Part shown: one piece after another, positions 1-10,028 of the stretch
How positions within the stretch are numbered: the stretch's first letter is position 1
Layout of the letters: each line of letters begins with the position of its first letter
Source: an uncultured virus (IMG/VR IMGVR_UViG_3300022822_000015)
Taxonomy: Duplodnaviria; Heunggongvirae; Uroviricota; Caudoviricetes
IMG/VR virus record: IMGVR_UViG_3300022822_000015
Strand: one strand, 5' to 3'
Length of the DNA: 64,000 nt
Position numbers and translations under genes: made by a program
The notes under the pieces: model-generated
The model's input: the letters and a program-made list of their open reading frames with translations, nothing else
Told to the model about the DNA's origin: nothing
Databases searched by the model: none

Positions 1-65
1 TAATATTTGGCATATTTCGACCATCCTATAACATAAGTATAAGGTTTATAACTAATGGTAGACAT
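1..65 (-). CDS. GIY-YIG (Seg-like) homing endonuclease, N-terminal fragment running off the window
   Basis: ATG at 65 after a GAGG RBS; translates MSTISYKPYTYVIGWSKYAKY..., resembling the PYTYxIGW..YYG start of phage GIY-YIG nucleases. Confidence 0.55.
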   Translation of the reverse strand, partial: MSTISYKPYTYVIGWSKYAKY

Positions 66-131
66 GATAGCTAATACCTCATTTGAGTTTATAGTAAGAT
101 TCATAATACGATTATCTTCAATTTACCATTA

Positions 132-139
132 TATTTATA
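132..139 (-). promoter_or_regulatory. T4-type late promoter TATAAATA
   Basis: Exact TATAAATA on the minus strand just after the gp17 stop. Confidence 0.7.
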
Positions 140-143
140 ATAA

Positions 144-1766
144 TTACCAACTTGAAGATTTCATCGTTGTTGAATCGTCTATACCATATCCTCCGTCATC
201 GATTCCGTCATCAACAAACCCAAAAGGTATAACATCATTTTCTATCATCTTCATATTTTCCGCGTGAATCATATCTCTAAGATTTATATCTGTAATCGAT
301 TGAAAGAATGGAGTTGAAGCAAACCAACCAAATAATACAAGATTCATTACTAAATCGTCGTGATGGCCGTTGGTTGCTTCATAAGAAGAACCTCTTGCTT
401 CAAACGTGGACATTTCTATTATTGTATTTTCATCGCAAATCTCTAGTTTATTTTCTTCTATCAGATCTTTGAAGTTGGAACAGCCGATTCTTTTTATCTT
501 CTTGGTCATTTTTACACCAAGTGCATCCGCTTTTACTGCAGATTCCATATAAACATTTTCGTATTCTAGCTCGTAATATAATCCATTACATACCAGCGTG
601 CCTTGATCGTTGCTTTCAATTACAGCGTACGCTTCGTTATAAGTTTTGCAATATTTATAGATCACATCTGGAAACAATAACGGGGAAATCATATTATCTC
701 TGAACACGCAAACCTGCTTCATAGGTCGCGAAGTTATGTCTATGATTATAAAAGTTGAATAATCCTGTCCTCTACCATGAGCAACATCTACAAAACACAT
801 ATATTCATGATCGATTTCTGGTTTATAATATACGCTAGCATTACCTTGAGTATAAACAGGTTCTGTCTTTCTAAGACTAAGTAATTTGTTGCCATCAATA
901 AGAGTAAGGCCATAACCAATGAACTCGTTACCAAACTCTTGTCTAAATTGAAGTGCACTAGTATTTTGAATTGTTTCTTGCTTCCACGCCTCGTCTCTAC
1001 CTGGGACGTCCCACCAATCAACTCGAAAATTGTTATATGAATTTACTTCCTGAACTGACCCTTCCCATAACTTGTGGAATGAATTGCCAAGACCGTTTGC
1101 GGTTGAGGTAATAATAACTCTAGAAGTTTTTCCCGAGGTTATTACAGGGTAGGTTGAAGTGTAGAATTGAACATCATTTTCAACAAAGGCAAACTCGTCA
1201 AGATACAAAAGCGAAATAGATAAACCACGAATAGAACTTCCACTTGTAGCGGCGGCAACTATACGAGAATTATTATCGAATTCAATTGAACCTTTGTTTA
1301 ACGCTTTACACCCAGGTTGTAAAAAGAAAGGTACATTTTCTAACATTAGAGTAATACGAGAAAGCATCTCTCTCGAAGTAGCACCTTTGTTTGCCAATAT
1401 AGCAACTACCTTTGTTGCATGGAACAAAACATACCAAAGCAAATACGCGCAAGACGAAATGGACTTACCTGACTGTCTACATGCCAGAACAATGGAAAAT
1501 CTGTTTGAATTAAAATGATCAAACATATCTTCTTGGTAATCATATAAATCGAAATCGACGAGACCTCTATCTAGATGAATTACTTTAAGATAGTTTCGTG
1601 CAAAATATGCAGGGTCTGCCATACATTTCTTGTATTCAACAACCTGATGCTCTGTAAACTGTGTTACAACCCCTGCGCGCTTTACCTGTGAGTTGCCAAG
1701 ATATGTTTGTTCAGACGCTGGTGTTACTTGGGTCTTTTGGTTTATGCTCAAGAGCTTCTCCATCAT
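144..1766 (-). CDS. 17: T4-like terminase large subunit (gp17)
   Basis: Walker A RQSGKS, Walker B LLYLDEFAF, nuclease motifs DVAHGRGQDYS and HDDLVM; follows gp16. Confidence 0.95.
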   Translation of the reverse strand: MMEKLLSINQKTQVTPASEQTYLGNSQVKRAGVVTQFTEHQVVEYKKCMADPAYFARNYLKVIHLDRGLVDFDLYDYQEDMFDHFNSNRFSIVLACRQSGKSISSCAYLLWYVLFHATKVVAILANKGATSREMLSRITLMLENVPFFLQPGCKALNKGSIEFDNNSRIVAAATSGSSIRGLSISLLYLDEFAFVENDVQFYTSTYPVITSGKTSRVIITSTANGLGNSFHKLWEGSVQEVNSYNNFRVDWWDVPGRDEAWKQETIQNTSALQFRQEFGNEFIGYGLTLIDGNKLLSLRKTEPVYTQGNASVYYKPEIDHEYMCFVDVAHGRGQDYSTFIIIDITSRPMKQVCVFRDNMISPLLFPDVIYKYCKTYNEAYAVIESNDQGTLVCNGLYYELEYENVYMESAVKADALGVKMTKKIKRIGCSNFKDLIEENKLEICDENTIIEMSTFEARGSSYEATNGHHDDLVMNLVLFGWFASTPFFQSITDINLRDMIHAENMKMIENDVIPFGFVDDGIDDGGYGIDDSTTMKSSSW

Positions 1767-2091
1767 TAATTTGTTTTAACGCCTGTTGTAAATCCGCGGT
1801 GCTGCCAATAAACAAATTATTTGTTGTGGTGCCGTTCGGTGCATCCAAGCCAGGCTGTGAAACTTTTGTATCTATGTCTTTCTTCTTCTTTTGCAGTTCA
1901 ATTAATTTTTCCGCCACTTCTGAATTTTGCTTCATAAGTGTACCCAACACTTCAAACGCTCGAGGGTGTTCAAGATTTTTCGCAAGTTCCATCATTAGAT
2001 CAATTGCTTCTGCACCTTTTTCTGCTAATTCATAATATTGCTTTCGGGCAAATTCATAATCATCACGTAAATCTTTTTCATCAATAGCCAT
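1711..2091 (-). CDS. 16: T4-like terminase small subunit (gp16)
   Basis: DDYEFAR, HPRAFEV, NNLFIGSTADLQ motifs; synteny. Confidence 0.9.
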   Translation of the reverse strand: MAIDEKDLRDDYEFARKQYYELAEKGAEAIDLMMELAKNLEHPRAFEVLGTLMKQNSEVAEKLIELQKKKKDIDTKVSQPGLDAPNGTTTNNLFIGSTADLQQALKQINDGEALEHKPKDPSNTSV

Positions 2092-2097
2092 TATTTA

Positions 2098-3075
2098 TTA
2101 CCAATTTTCAGTTACACTTGTTAGCACATCGGTAACAACGGTGTTTTGGATTGTTATAGTTTCTCCTGCCACGAAAAGTTCACTTGGAGAAGAAACCAGC
2201 AAAGTATTACTATTTATTTGTGTTATTTGACCCACACTTGCAGTTGTGGTCCCAACAATAATATCACCTACATTAAACAAAGAAACAGTGCTAACTGCAA
2301 GTGAGATTGTTTCTGGTACATTACCAAGGTTGGTCTTAACGTTTACAGTATGTTCTTCATCAGGTCCGGTAAGAAAAGGGTTTAACATAACGATTTGTTT
2401 TTCAAATACCTGATTTGAGGTTGAATCGATAAAGTCCGTTACGGTCTTTCGGATAACTGCGCCGTTACTAACTTCTCCATAAAATCTTACCCTTGTCTCG
2501 AAGTCGAGAGTATACACAATAGTTCGTCTGGTATTGAAATCACCTTCATAATCGTCGGCTATTCCTACTCCATTCAATACAAATGGCATATCAGTTTTTA
2601 TGCTGTCGTTAACCTGTTTAACCGTGACCGTATAGTCTGGTTGAAAAAACGGCAAAATCTGTTCGATGATTTGTAAAGCATCGTCTTGATTCTTGGACAT
2701 TATATTTAATTGAATTCCCATTCTATAACCAACAGGTCCCAGTATTCTTTTCTTGGTGTATGTTGAAGAAGATGTATTTGTCAGAGTCTGTTTGGTCCCT
2801 TTCTGCATTTTGGTGTTTGGGTCATAACTTAAGCTAGTCAACTCAAAAGACATGCGAGGCAATTTGATCGCAATTTTAGGATCGTTTAAATCCGCCTGTT
2901 GATCAATTCGAGCAAGAAACTTCTTTTTAGGTCCGTACGATAAAGGTACTTTTGTTATATTTTTAACTGTGCCTGCGTTGTCAGTTCGTAGTATAGTAAT
3001 GTCATTGAATAAAGTACCGAACACCGCTACTGATCTTCTTATAGTCTCATGATAAAAATGTATTCCGTTAAACAT
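2098..3075 (-). CDS. 15: T4-like tail completion / sheath stabiliser (gp15)
   Basis: HFYHETIRR..FGTLFN, KVPLSYGPK, LPRMSFE, QIIEQILPFFQP. Confidence 0.92.
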   Translation of the reverse strand: MFNGIHFYHETIRRSVAVFGTLFNDITILRTDNAGTVKNITKVPLSYGPKKKFLARIDQQADLNDPKIAIKLPRMSFELTSLSYDPNTKMQKGTKQTLTNTSSSTYTKKRILGPVGYRMGIQLNIMSKNQDDALQIIEQILPFFQPDYTVTVKQVNDSIKTDMPFVLNGVGIADDYEGDFNTRRTIVYTLDFETRVRFYGEVSNGAVIRKTVTDFIDSTSNQVFEKQIVMLNPFLTGPDEEHTVNVKTNLGNVPETISLAVSTVSLFNVGDIIVGTTTASVGQITQINSNTLLVSSPSELFVAGETITIQNTVVTDVLTSVTENW

Positions 3076-3995
3076 TATAAAGTACCTTCAGAGAATGGAT
3101 TGCTTTCTGTAAAATCAATTATTTCATTGGCCTCAGTTTCAAAGTCGAAGTTTTGTGAGTCCTCTGTATTTGGAAAAACACTACCAACTGTAGAAGTAGA
3201 AATATCAAACACTTCTGTTATGTTGGCCGTTGCGCCAGATACTGAACCTAAAATCATATTTGCGTTGACTTCTCCAGTTATGAATGAATGAAAGAGACCA
3301 TCATTTGTTTCAATGTCTATTACTTGCATAACCGCTTCTGGATGATTGATATTGACTACTTCTGCTTTTATGTTAATAAGAGGTTCGTCTTGAATAATCT
3401 GTGTTATAGTTTCGCCTTGTATGAATGTACCGGTAATCAGACCTAATTGGAATCTAGTAGTATAAGCATTAACTTCGATTGCATCTATTTCTGCTACACC
3501 GGTATTAAAGTCTTCATCATTCATTTCGAATAGTCGTGCCTGCATCTTATATACAGGAAGATTCGATAGTTGATAAAAAGGCATTTCATGTTCAACAAAC
3601 GATATCTCGAAGAAACTGTTAGACATAGGCAAATAAATAAGGTCGCCTTCATTAGGTCTATTTTGAAATTCATCATTTTCAAAAGATCCAACCATCTGTT
3701 CCCATCTACGTTTAGCAACTATAAAGGTCGCTTCGTCTCTAATTTCAAGGCCAAATTTAGACATAAGATTGCCTTCACCTTCAAAGCCTTCGTTGCCTTC
3801 GATATAAACTTCGATCATGTATGCATCATCGAATTGAGACTCTACATCTTCATTTAATATAGAATCTCGGGTAACAATATTACGAGGAAGGTAGTAAATA
3901 TCTTGTCCAGCCCACTTAACAGATTCGATGATTAAATCCTCAAAAAGAATCTGTTCAGAACGAACCTTGGTTGATAAGTATAAATTAGTTGGCAT
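3075..3995 (-). CDS. 14: T4-like neck protein (gp14)
   Basis: EQILFEDLIIES, YYLPR, SKFGLEIRDE, RPNEGDLIYLP, PFYQL, C-terminal DFTESNPF. Confidence 0.92.
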   Translation of the reverse strand: MPTNLYLSTKVRSEQILFEDLIIESVKWAGQDIYYLPRNIVTRDSILNEDVESQFDDAYMIEVYIEGNEGFEGEGNLMSKFGLEIRDEATFIVAKRRWEQMVGSFENDEFQNRPNEGDLIYLPMSNSFFEISFVEHEMPFYQLSNLPVYKMQARLFEMNDEDFNTGVAEIDAIEVNAYTTRFQLGLITGTFIQGETITQIIQDEPLINIKAEVVNINHPEAVMQVIDIETNDGLFHSFITGEVNANMILGSVSGATANITEVFDISTSTVGSVFPNTEDSQNFDFETEANEIIDFTESNPFSEGTL

Positions 3996-4039
3996 TTGAA
4001 CCTGCTTTGTATTTAGTTGTGGTTTCTATAAAGTATGTG

Positions 4040-4795
4040 TTAACCAATGAAAAAATCTAAAGGAGCCTCCCAGTTAATTTGCATATCAGTTTCTAGTTTT
4101 TCAACCTCAGCATTCGCTTCTTCCCACATTATCTGTCCGTTCATAGTAACACCACCTGGGAGAAGCATGCCTTCAAATTTCTTCAAATTTGTTCCCCATT
4201 GGCGCTTAATTAATGCTGTTATGTAACGTTTCAGAAACATATCATTATAGACTGAAACGTAAGTTTCTGGGTTAATTATAACAGATGCATCTAATATGAT
4301 CCAATCATTTTCCTTTATGTCAGTACCCCACTGAATGTAAAGGTGTAACTTATTCTGGTGACGACTAAATCGTACTTGACTTGAAGTATTGAACATATCA
4401 CGAGCTTGAGTTAATTGCCCTTGCATTTGAGAATAATATGCCATGCCTTGAAATCCACCCGATCTTAAATCGTAGACGTCATTATACGCCATTTGATAAT
4501 CGATATTAAAGATGCCGCCGCCGCTTCCAGCGCCAGATGTGTTGAGTGGAACAATTCTAGTAATAACTGATATGTCTGAAGGCAGGGTTACAAATTCATT
4601 AGAGATGTCTGCCGCGGTAATTTGTATTTTGTAGTATGAATTTAAAATAGCGTCTGAATGATACATCTGATAAAATTCAATACCTTCGTCTACTCGGTCA
4701 GAAACTTGATCATCATCTACATTGATCTCAAGCACTGGCGCGCCTAATTGTCTTAGACAATAATCAATAAGCTCGTTTCGTGTTGTGACTACCAT
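4040..4795 (-). CDS. 13: T4-like neck protein (gp13)
   Basis: YCLRQLGAPVLEINV, KRQWGTNLKKFEG.LPGGVT.NG. Confidence 0.93.
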   Translation of the reverse strand: MVVTTRNELIDYCLRQLGAPVLEINVDDDQVSDRVDEGIEFYQMYHSDAILNSYYKIQITAADISNEFVTLPSDISVITRIVPLNTSGAGSGGGIFNIDYQMAYNDVYDLRSGGFQGMAYYSQMQGQLTQARDMFNTSSQVRFSRHQNKLHLYIQWGTDIKENDWIILDASVIINPETYVSVYNDMFLKRYITALIKRQWGTNLKKFEGMLLPGGVTMNGQIMWEEANAEVEKLETDMQINWEAPLDFFIG

Positions 4796-4823
4796 TTCAG
4801 TACCTGTATATTTCTGTTTATGT

Positions 4824-4831
4824 TATTTATA
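4824..4831 (-). promoter_or_regulatory. T4-type late promoter TATAAATA upstream of gp13
   Basis: Exact consensus about 29 nt upstream of the gp13 ATG. Confidence 0.75.
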
Positions 4832-4839
4832 ACTTTATA

Positions 4840-5361
4840 TTATTTAATATACCAAACAAGTTGAAGGCCTAATCCGTCATAACCGTTACGGTCTTTTCCT
4901 AACACGCAACTATGATGAGTCAACTGTCCGTTGATTGCAATAGCTTTATTACTTGACAACCAAAAATTTTGATTAATGCCTAGGTTTGATGTACCGTGTT
5001 CATCTGTGCTTCCTGAGACGCACTGAGGAGATATCTTTTTAGTATAATCAATTCCAATAAAAACATATGTATGGTTAAAATACGTTCCATTATCAAATAT
5101 ACTATCGGCGTGTGCAGGTTTAATAATTGAGGAAAGAATCCATAGTACTCCAGCAATTATTATAATAGTACCGATACCCAATGCGGCTGATGCCACGGCT
5201 CCTTTTCCTTCATTTGCCCGCCATGAAGCAAATGAAGCCTTTTTTATAATAAAAATGTAAACGCTATATGCAATAACTAAAAGCAGTATAAGTGCTAAAA
5301 ATGATAATGCCTGGGTCATAAAAGAAATCATAATCTTAAGTCCTTTGTTATAATAGATCAA
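4840..5361 (-). CDS. Membrane protein with two hydrophobic segments and a beta-rich C-terminus; start uncertain
   Basis: Two TM-like stretches, AHA-D signal-like site, aromatic C-terminus. Confidence 0.6.
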   Translation of the reverse strand: MIYYNKGLKIMISFMTQALSFLALILLLVIAYSVYIFIIKKASFASWRANEGKGAVASAALGIGTIIIIAGVLWILSSIIKPAHADSIFDNGTYFNHTYVFIGIDYTKKISPQCVSGSTDEHGTSNLGINQNFWLSSNKAIAINGQLTHHSCVLGKDRNGYDGLGLQLVWYIK

Positions 5362-5713
5362 GCAATTCTTGCTCGGTTGTTGTGGAATCTATATCAATTT
5401 GCATTTTGTCGTCATTGTCTCGAATAACTTTTCTATCGGATTCTGCTTGTGTTGCGTCTTGGCTCGGTATCTGCTTCATTATGATTGCATCATGTGGTGC
5501 AAAGTCCTTCTCTCGTTTTGCTCTGCGTAACTCATGTGCAACCTCCTTCGCTAAAGGTAAATCAGTTACCACCGCGTCACCTACAATTCTCCACGCACCA
5601 CGAAAGACCTTATCAGGGACTGACACAACTTCAAGCCATGTTGCACCTTCAGGTATTGAGGACTGCTTTGAGCAAATCGCAACGGTGTTATCTTCTTGTT
5701 GATATGCGTACAT
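5348..5713 (-). CDS. Tail-fibre-associated (assembly chaperone-like) protein
   Basis: FRGAW...AKEVAHELRRAKR..FAPHD pattern typical of small genes after marine phage fibre genes. Confidence 0.6.
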   Translation of the reverse strand: MYAYQQEDNTVAICSKQSSIPEGATWLEVVSVPDKVFRGAWRIVGDAVVTDLPLAKEVAHELRRAKREKDFAPHDAIIMKQIPSQDATQAESDRKVIRDNDDKMQIDIDSTTTEQELLDLL

Positions 5714-6180
5714 TAATGCTTCCTCAAATAGTTAATAGCCTTCTCAAGAAGCCCTATATCATCTTTAAAATGGCCTAAAGCAAAGTTACAGCTTATACAT
5801 AACAAGCCTCTAACCTCACCTGTTATGTGGTCATGGTCTACGTTTAAGCTCTTAGTGCAGTCATCTTCATGTACATTACATATTAAACATGAGTAATCCT
5901 GACTTACCAGCATACTCGTATAGTCATCGTAGGTTATGCCATAGTTTTTCTTTAACCTAGTATTAGCTACTTGCCTTGGGTTAGCTTTATACCATGCCTT
6001 AGCCCTGCTGCTGACCTTATCTTTTCTACTGTCGTCATAGGCGATATACTGATAGTTGCGACAAGGAATGCATATATTCCTATATCCATGCTTTGATCCC
6101 TTATTAATAACAAAGCCTTTAAGATCTTCCGCAGTATGAGCCGACTTATCACAAGAAGGGCAGGTTCTTAGTGCTTCCAT
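5713..6180 (-). CDS. Endonuclease VII-family HNH endonuclease
   Basis: CxxC pairs, YGIT..Y..M...Q...C.IC, VDHDH.TG.VRGLLC..CN..LG; likely start MEALRT at 6180. Confidence 0.9.
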   Translation of the reverse strand: MEALRTCPSCDKSAHTAEDLKGFVINKGSKHGYRNICIPCRNYQYIAYDDSRKDKVSSRAKAWYKANPRQVANTRLKKNYGITYDDYTSMLVSQDYSCLICNVHEDDCTKSLNVDHDHITGEVRGLLCISCNFALGHFKDDIGLLEKAINYLRKH

Positions 6181-6181
6181 A

Positions 6182-9100
6182 TTATTCTTTACCTCCGAAA
6201 ATGTTAAGGCATAACTGAAAAGGATCGCTAGGAGAAAAACCACTATTCCAGTGATTTAAAATAATAGACCTAGTTTCTGGACTTTGTGTACCTGTAACAG
6301 AGGGTGAGTTATTGTCTTCCAACCTATTCGCCTCACAGGAGTAAGAGTAAGTAGCAGTAAAAGGTACTTCGAAGATAACTTGGTATTTCCCAGTTCCCAA
6401 ATCAACAACATCAGACACATTATAACTAGCGAGAATCAACGGTGGATTCTGAGTACCATCAAAGTTGACCCAAGCGGTTGCAACACCAGTGTTCTTAATC
6501 TCACCATGAACTGTCAAGTCACCATGCGCTTCAACATTATTAAACCGTTGCTTGGCAACAGGCATATTGACGAGTGTAGAGTTGATTACATCACCTTCGC
6601 TGTCAGTTCTAAACTCAGCTAAGTATGTCCGTTCAATAGCGGTGTCACTAGAGTTGTACATTCTACCAGCGTCGATTAAGTAGTAGTCTGACGGGAGGAT
6701 TGTGTTAAATTCTAGTTCTGCTATTCCAGTGTATGTAGCGGCTCCATTATTAGCGGTGTTGTTAATTCTGTGGTAAATATACGCAGTGGTGTTACCTGCA
6801 GTAGTGTATAGATCGCCCCACAACTTTACCCCATTTCCAGAGTAATCGGACGAGGTGAAAGTAGAATCAATAGCTGTCCAAGTAAATCCGTCATTAGAGC
6901 CTTCAATAGTAAACCTTTTAGGTAATCTAGTATTGTCTGCAGGAGCACGTAATCTCCATGATTTAAGCACCCTAGCTTCAGTACCTTTATACTGAAGTTG
7001 CGAGTTTGTTGTAGACGTGCCTAACCATAGGTCCGAACTGCCAACAACTTGATCATTAGCGTTTTTATTAAACGCATTCCAAGCTGGGTACAGACTAACA
7101 CTAGCGCTGGCAGCACCCGTAGAACTCTCGTAACCAAAGTGCCTAGCGGTAGTTCTCAATGATGCATCTAACGGACTAACAACACCCCATTTATCAGCGT
7201 CATTACGAGTAATACCTTCTAGTGGTCTGTTCTCAGTTACACCATACGAACCACCTAAGTCTTTATAGATGTAGTAGTGCTTGCTCTCATGTCCAGCACC
7301 TAATGCATACGTTACACCAGAACCTACGTTCTCTTTGCTGTCCACTTGACCATTCGCATCAAAACCTTGAGCAAATGATATGAGTGTATTCTGAGCGATT
7401 GAGAGAGTATCTGCCGTAGTTGGGTAGGTGTAGTCACTGTTGGTATACGTGTTTGTACCAGCACCTCCTGTTGATGACTCTGCATAAGCCATGAAGAGGT
7501 ATTCATCGTTTAGGTCGTTACCATTACCATTATCATCTCCAATATAAAATCCATTATCATCTAATCTAGTTCTAGTAGTTTGTGACACTTGCGCTCCTGA
7601 GTTTTCTAAACGCAAATAATTATCTAGTATCTGAGAATCTACTGTTTCCCAGCTACCAATATTAGTTAAATTTTTAACCATTACAAAAGCAGGTTTAAAA
7701 CCACAGTCTACATAATTACCAGCAGCACCAGTGCCAATGTACTTGCCTATTTTTGATACGTTGGGGACTGATGTGAAGTGGTAGGATACATAATTTTTAT
7801 CAGCTTGATTACTGGCTAAATTTGAACCAATGCTTACAGTCAATTCGTTTACAAGATAGTTTACAGCGGCAATGTTGATAACAGTACCCGTTGTATTAAG
7901 GATTATGGTGTTGTGAGAATCACCTAAAAGTTTACTCTGCACTAACCAATCAAACCCTGTGTCTCGTCCTTTAGTAATAGTTAAATCAGGCTCAACACCT
8001 AAATGATGAGGTATTTCATGTCCTGCTGCACCATCACCTTCGTAACCAACAATACTGAAACCAAGGTCGGGGTTGTAGTGTGATGTATACGCTTTGTTGC
8101 GGTTAGTTGTACCAGTAACTTTCTTAGTTGTCTGCCATGACCATGAAGCGTAAGTTTCTGCGTTCCCATTTATTACATCTGACGTTCCCACTGTAAAACC
8201 AGTGGGGGTGAAACTTTGGTGGGTTGTTGCAACAGTACCTTCTTCGTCGGTTGTATCACTTCGCAATCTAACTGAGTTACCCCTAATTGTGTCAAATAGG
8301 TGATGACTATCAGCACTACGACTTTTAGCCCAAACAAGCCCACCAAAGTCACCAGTGGACATATCAAGACCAGTGTTAATAGCTCGACCATCTGCACCAT
8401 CACCTGTGTATATTGCAGCACTAAAACCTGATCTTTCTGATTTGCCTTGAGTTACTGCTTCTTGGTTCAAAGTTGAATTACGAGCAATAGTATTAGATAC
8501 AGCAGTATCTTTATCATCAATTTGTGTCTGAGTATAACCACTAACTATGTCTCCCCATAAAGAACCTGAGTAAGCTTGCATTTTATTACTAACACTATTG
8601 AAATATAGTGCTCCTATAACTAAAGCGTCACCATCATTATCTAATGTAGGATCTGAAGATTTTGCTCCTAAATACCTATCATCAAAGTTATCGTAAGCCA
8701 ATTCTGCAGCATCTCTAGCATTTTCTGCTAATGATCGTTCATAAGTTGCTGTTACTACATCAGCATTAGTAGCTACTACATCAGCATTAGTAGCTGATAA
8801 GTCTAAAGCAGTATCGATTGTGTCTTGATGTGTAAGTACGAGATAAGCAGCTACAGCTATTCGATCTAAACCTGTCTGCACTTTGTCTGCTTCTGATAAT
8901 ATAACGTTGTTATTAGTTGTTACAACATCATTGTTAGTTGCCACAACATCAGCAGCAGTATCAATAGTATCTTGGTTAGTACTTACTAAGTCATTTGCAA
9001 CAGCTGTTCTGTCTAAACCTGTCTGGTTTTTATCTGCTTCAACAAGTATGACGTTATTATTAGTAGTAACAACATCAGCTGCTGTATCTATCGTATCTTG

Positions 9101-9370
9101 GTTTGTTTCAACTAAGTCAGAAGCCGTATCGATTGTGTCTTGATTAGTAGCAACTAAATCTGCTGCAGTGTCTATAGTATCTTGATTAGTAGCAACTAAA
9201 TTAGAAGAAGTTTGTTCTGCATTATCAGATATGTTATCAATTTCTGACTCTAATCTAGTAATTTCTGTAAGTTTATCAGCTACTGACTTTACAATATCAT
9301 AACCAGTAGTAGCCAATTCTCTGTCTATAGCAACTTTATTTGATGTTAGCGAACTAAATTTTCTAGCCAT
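6182..9370 (-). CDS. Tail fibre / receptor-binding protein, 1062 aa, mosaic
   Basis: N-terminal coiled-coil repeats, FDDRYLGAK module, repeated YTGxG modules, discoidin-like segment, C-terminal AWVNFDG..SYNVS.V.D.GTG.Y. Confidence 0.85.
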   Translation of the reverse strand: MARKFSSLTSNKVAIDRELATTGYDIVKSVADKLTEITRLESEIDNISDNAEQTSSNLVATNQDTIDTAADLVATNQDTIDTASDLVETNQDTIDTAADVVTTNNNVILVEADKNQTGLDRTAVANDLVSTNQDTIDTAADVVATNNDVVTTNNNVILSEADKVQTGLDRIAVAAYLVLTHQDTIDTALDLSATNADVVATNADVVTATYERSLAENARDAAELAYDNFDDRYLGAKSSDPTLDNDGDALVIGALYFNSVSNKMQAYSGSLWGDIVSGYTQTQIDDKDTAVSNTIARNSTLNQEAVTQGKSERSGFSAAIYTGDGADGRAINTGLDMSTGDFGGLVWAKSRSADSHHLFDTIRGNSVRLRSDTTDEEGTVATTHQSFTPTGFTVGTSDVINGNAETYASWSWQTTKKVTGTTNRNKAYTSHYNPDLGFSIVGYEGDGAAGHEIPHHLGVEPDLTITKGRDTGFDWLVQSKLLGDSHNTIILNTTGTVINIAAVNYLVNELTVSIGSNLASNQADKNYVSYHFTSVPNVSKIGKYIGTGAAGNYVDCGFKPAFVMVKNLTNIGSWETVDSQILDNYLRLENSGAQVSQTTRTRLDDNGFYIGDDNGNGNDLNDEYLFMAYAESSTGGAGTNTYTNSDYTYPTTADTLSIAQNTLISFAQGFDANGQVDSKENVGSGVTYALGAGHESKHYYIYKDLGGSYGVTENRPLEGITRNDADKWGVVSPLDASLRTTARHFGYESSTGAASASVSLYPAWNAFNKNANDQVVGSSDLWLGTSTTNSQLQYKGTEARVLKSWRLRAPADNTRLPKRFTIEGSNDGFTWTAIDSTFTSSDYSGNGVKLWGDLYTTAGNTTAYIYHRINNTANNGAATYTGIAELEFNTILPSDYYLIDAGRMYNSSDTAIERTYLAEFRTDSEGDVINSTLVNMPVAKQRFNNVEAHGDLTVHGEIKNTGVATAWVNFDGTQNPPLILASYNVSDVVDLGTGKYQVIFEVPFTATYSYSCEANRLEDNNSPSVTGTQSPETRSIILNHWNSGFSPSDPFQLCLNIFGGKE
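8760..9200 (-). repeat. Degenerate 42-bp / 14-aa tandem repeats (TNQDTIDTAADLVA) in the fibre stalk
   Basis: Five QDTIDTA units plus two VVTTNNNVIL.EADK.QTGLDR units in the translation. Confidence 0.85.
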
Positions 9371-9987
9371 TATACAAAACCTCTTTGATCAAATTTATAA
9401 GATTCCATATCGTCAGGAAGCAGTAAACCTTGGTCTACTACTCTTTTACAGCTTTGGTCAAACCTTATATAGTGTGTATTATTTTCTGCTTTTATGTCAG
9501 AAGATATAGTTGAATTACCTCTATAGCCTATGTAATGCAACAAAGCTTCTAGTAGTTGTGGAGGTAATGCTAAACTATCAGTAGTGTAATTAACAAAAGG
9601 AATAGACCCTCTATATATAATACTTAATTTTTCATCTTGTGCTACATTAGGAACTTCTACTGTGTTATACGTGGGAGTCATTATACCTAGAGGATCTTTT
9701 TCATCATTTACAGAAACTAGTTCTCCTTGTTCGTCATAACACTCTATAACTACAAGGAAATTAGCAGGATTGTTTATACTAACATCTGTGTCGGTACCGT
9801 CTAGAGTATACGTTGTTTTACCTGTTTGAAGAGTAATAATAGCTTCTTCAGCTTTAAGTGTGAACCTTTTATGAAGTTCCAACATACCAAGATTTATAAA
9901 TCCAATTACTGCTTCTTCATTATCTTTTACAGATAACTGCCTCAGCTCTGAACTTTTAGCTAGACTTATTACTTGGCTGACTAACAT
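9370..9987 (-). CDS. N4 gp67-like head-tail adaptor
   Basis: INLG...LHKRF.L, LEALLHYIGYR; lies between terminase and fibre as in N4-like phages. Confidence 0.7.
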   Translation of the reverse strand: MLVSQVISLAKSSELRQLSVKDNEEAVIGFINLGMLELHKRFTLKAEEAIITLQTGKTTYTLDGTDTDVSINNPANFLVVIECYDEQGELVSVNDEKDPLGIMTPTYNTVEVPNVAQDEKLSIIYRGSIPFVNYTTDSLALPPQLLEALLHYIGYRGNSTISSDIKAENNTHYIRFDQSCKRVVDQGLLLPDDMESYKFDQRGFV

Positions 9988-10028
9988 TTGTTAACCCTTA
10001 AATTTTCATTATACTACCATACTATACA

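Noticed and set aside
55..3857. Short alternative-frame ORFs in the T4-like block
   Set aside because: They overlap well-supported gp14-gp17 genes and show no independent signal
5700..5760. Remnant of the fibre C-terminus after the endoVII gene, as for the other HNH genes
   Set aside because: No frame gives a convincing match to IFGGKE
8760..9200. CRISPR-like or DGR-like repeats
   Set aside because: Repeats are in-frame coding units with synonymous variation and no spacers; no cas or reverse transcriptase gene in the window
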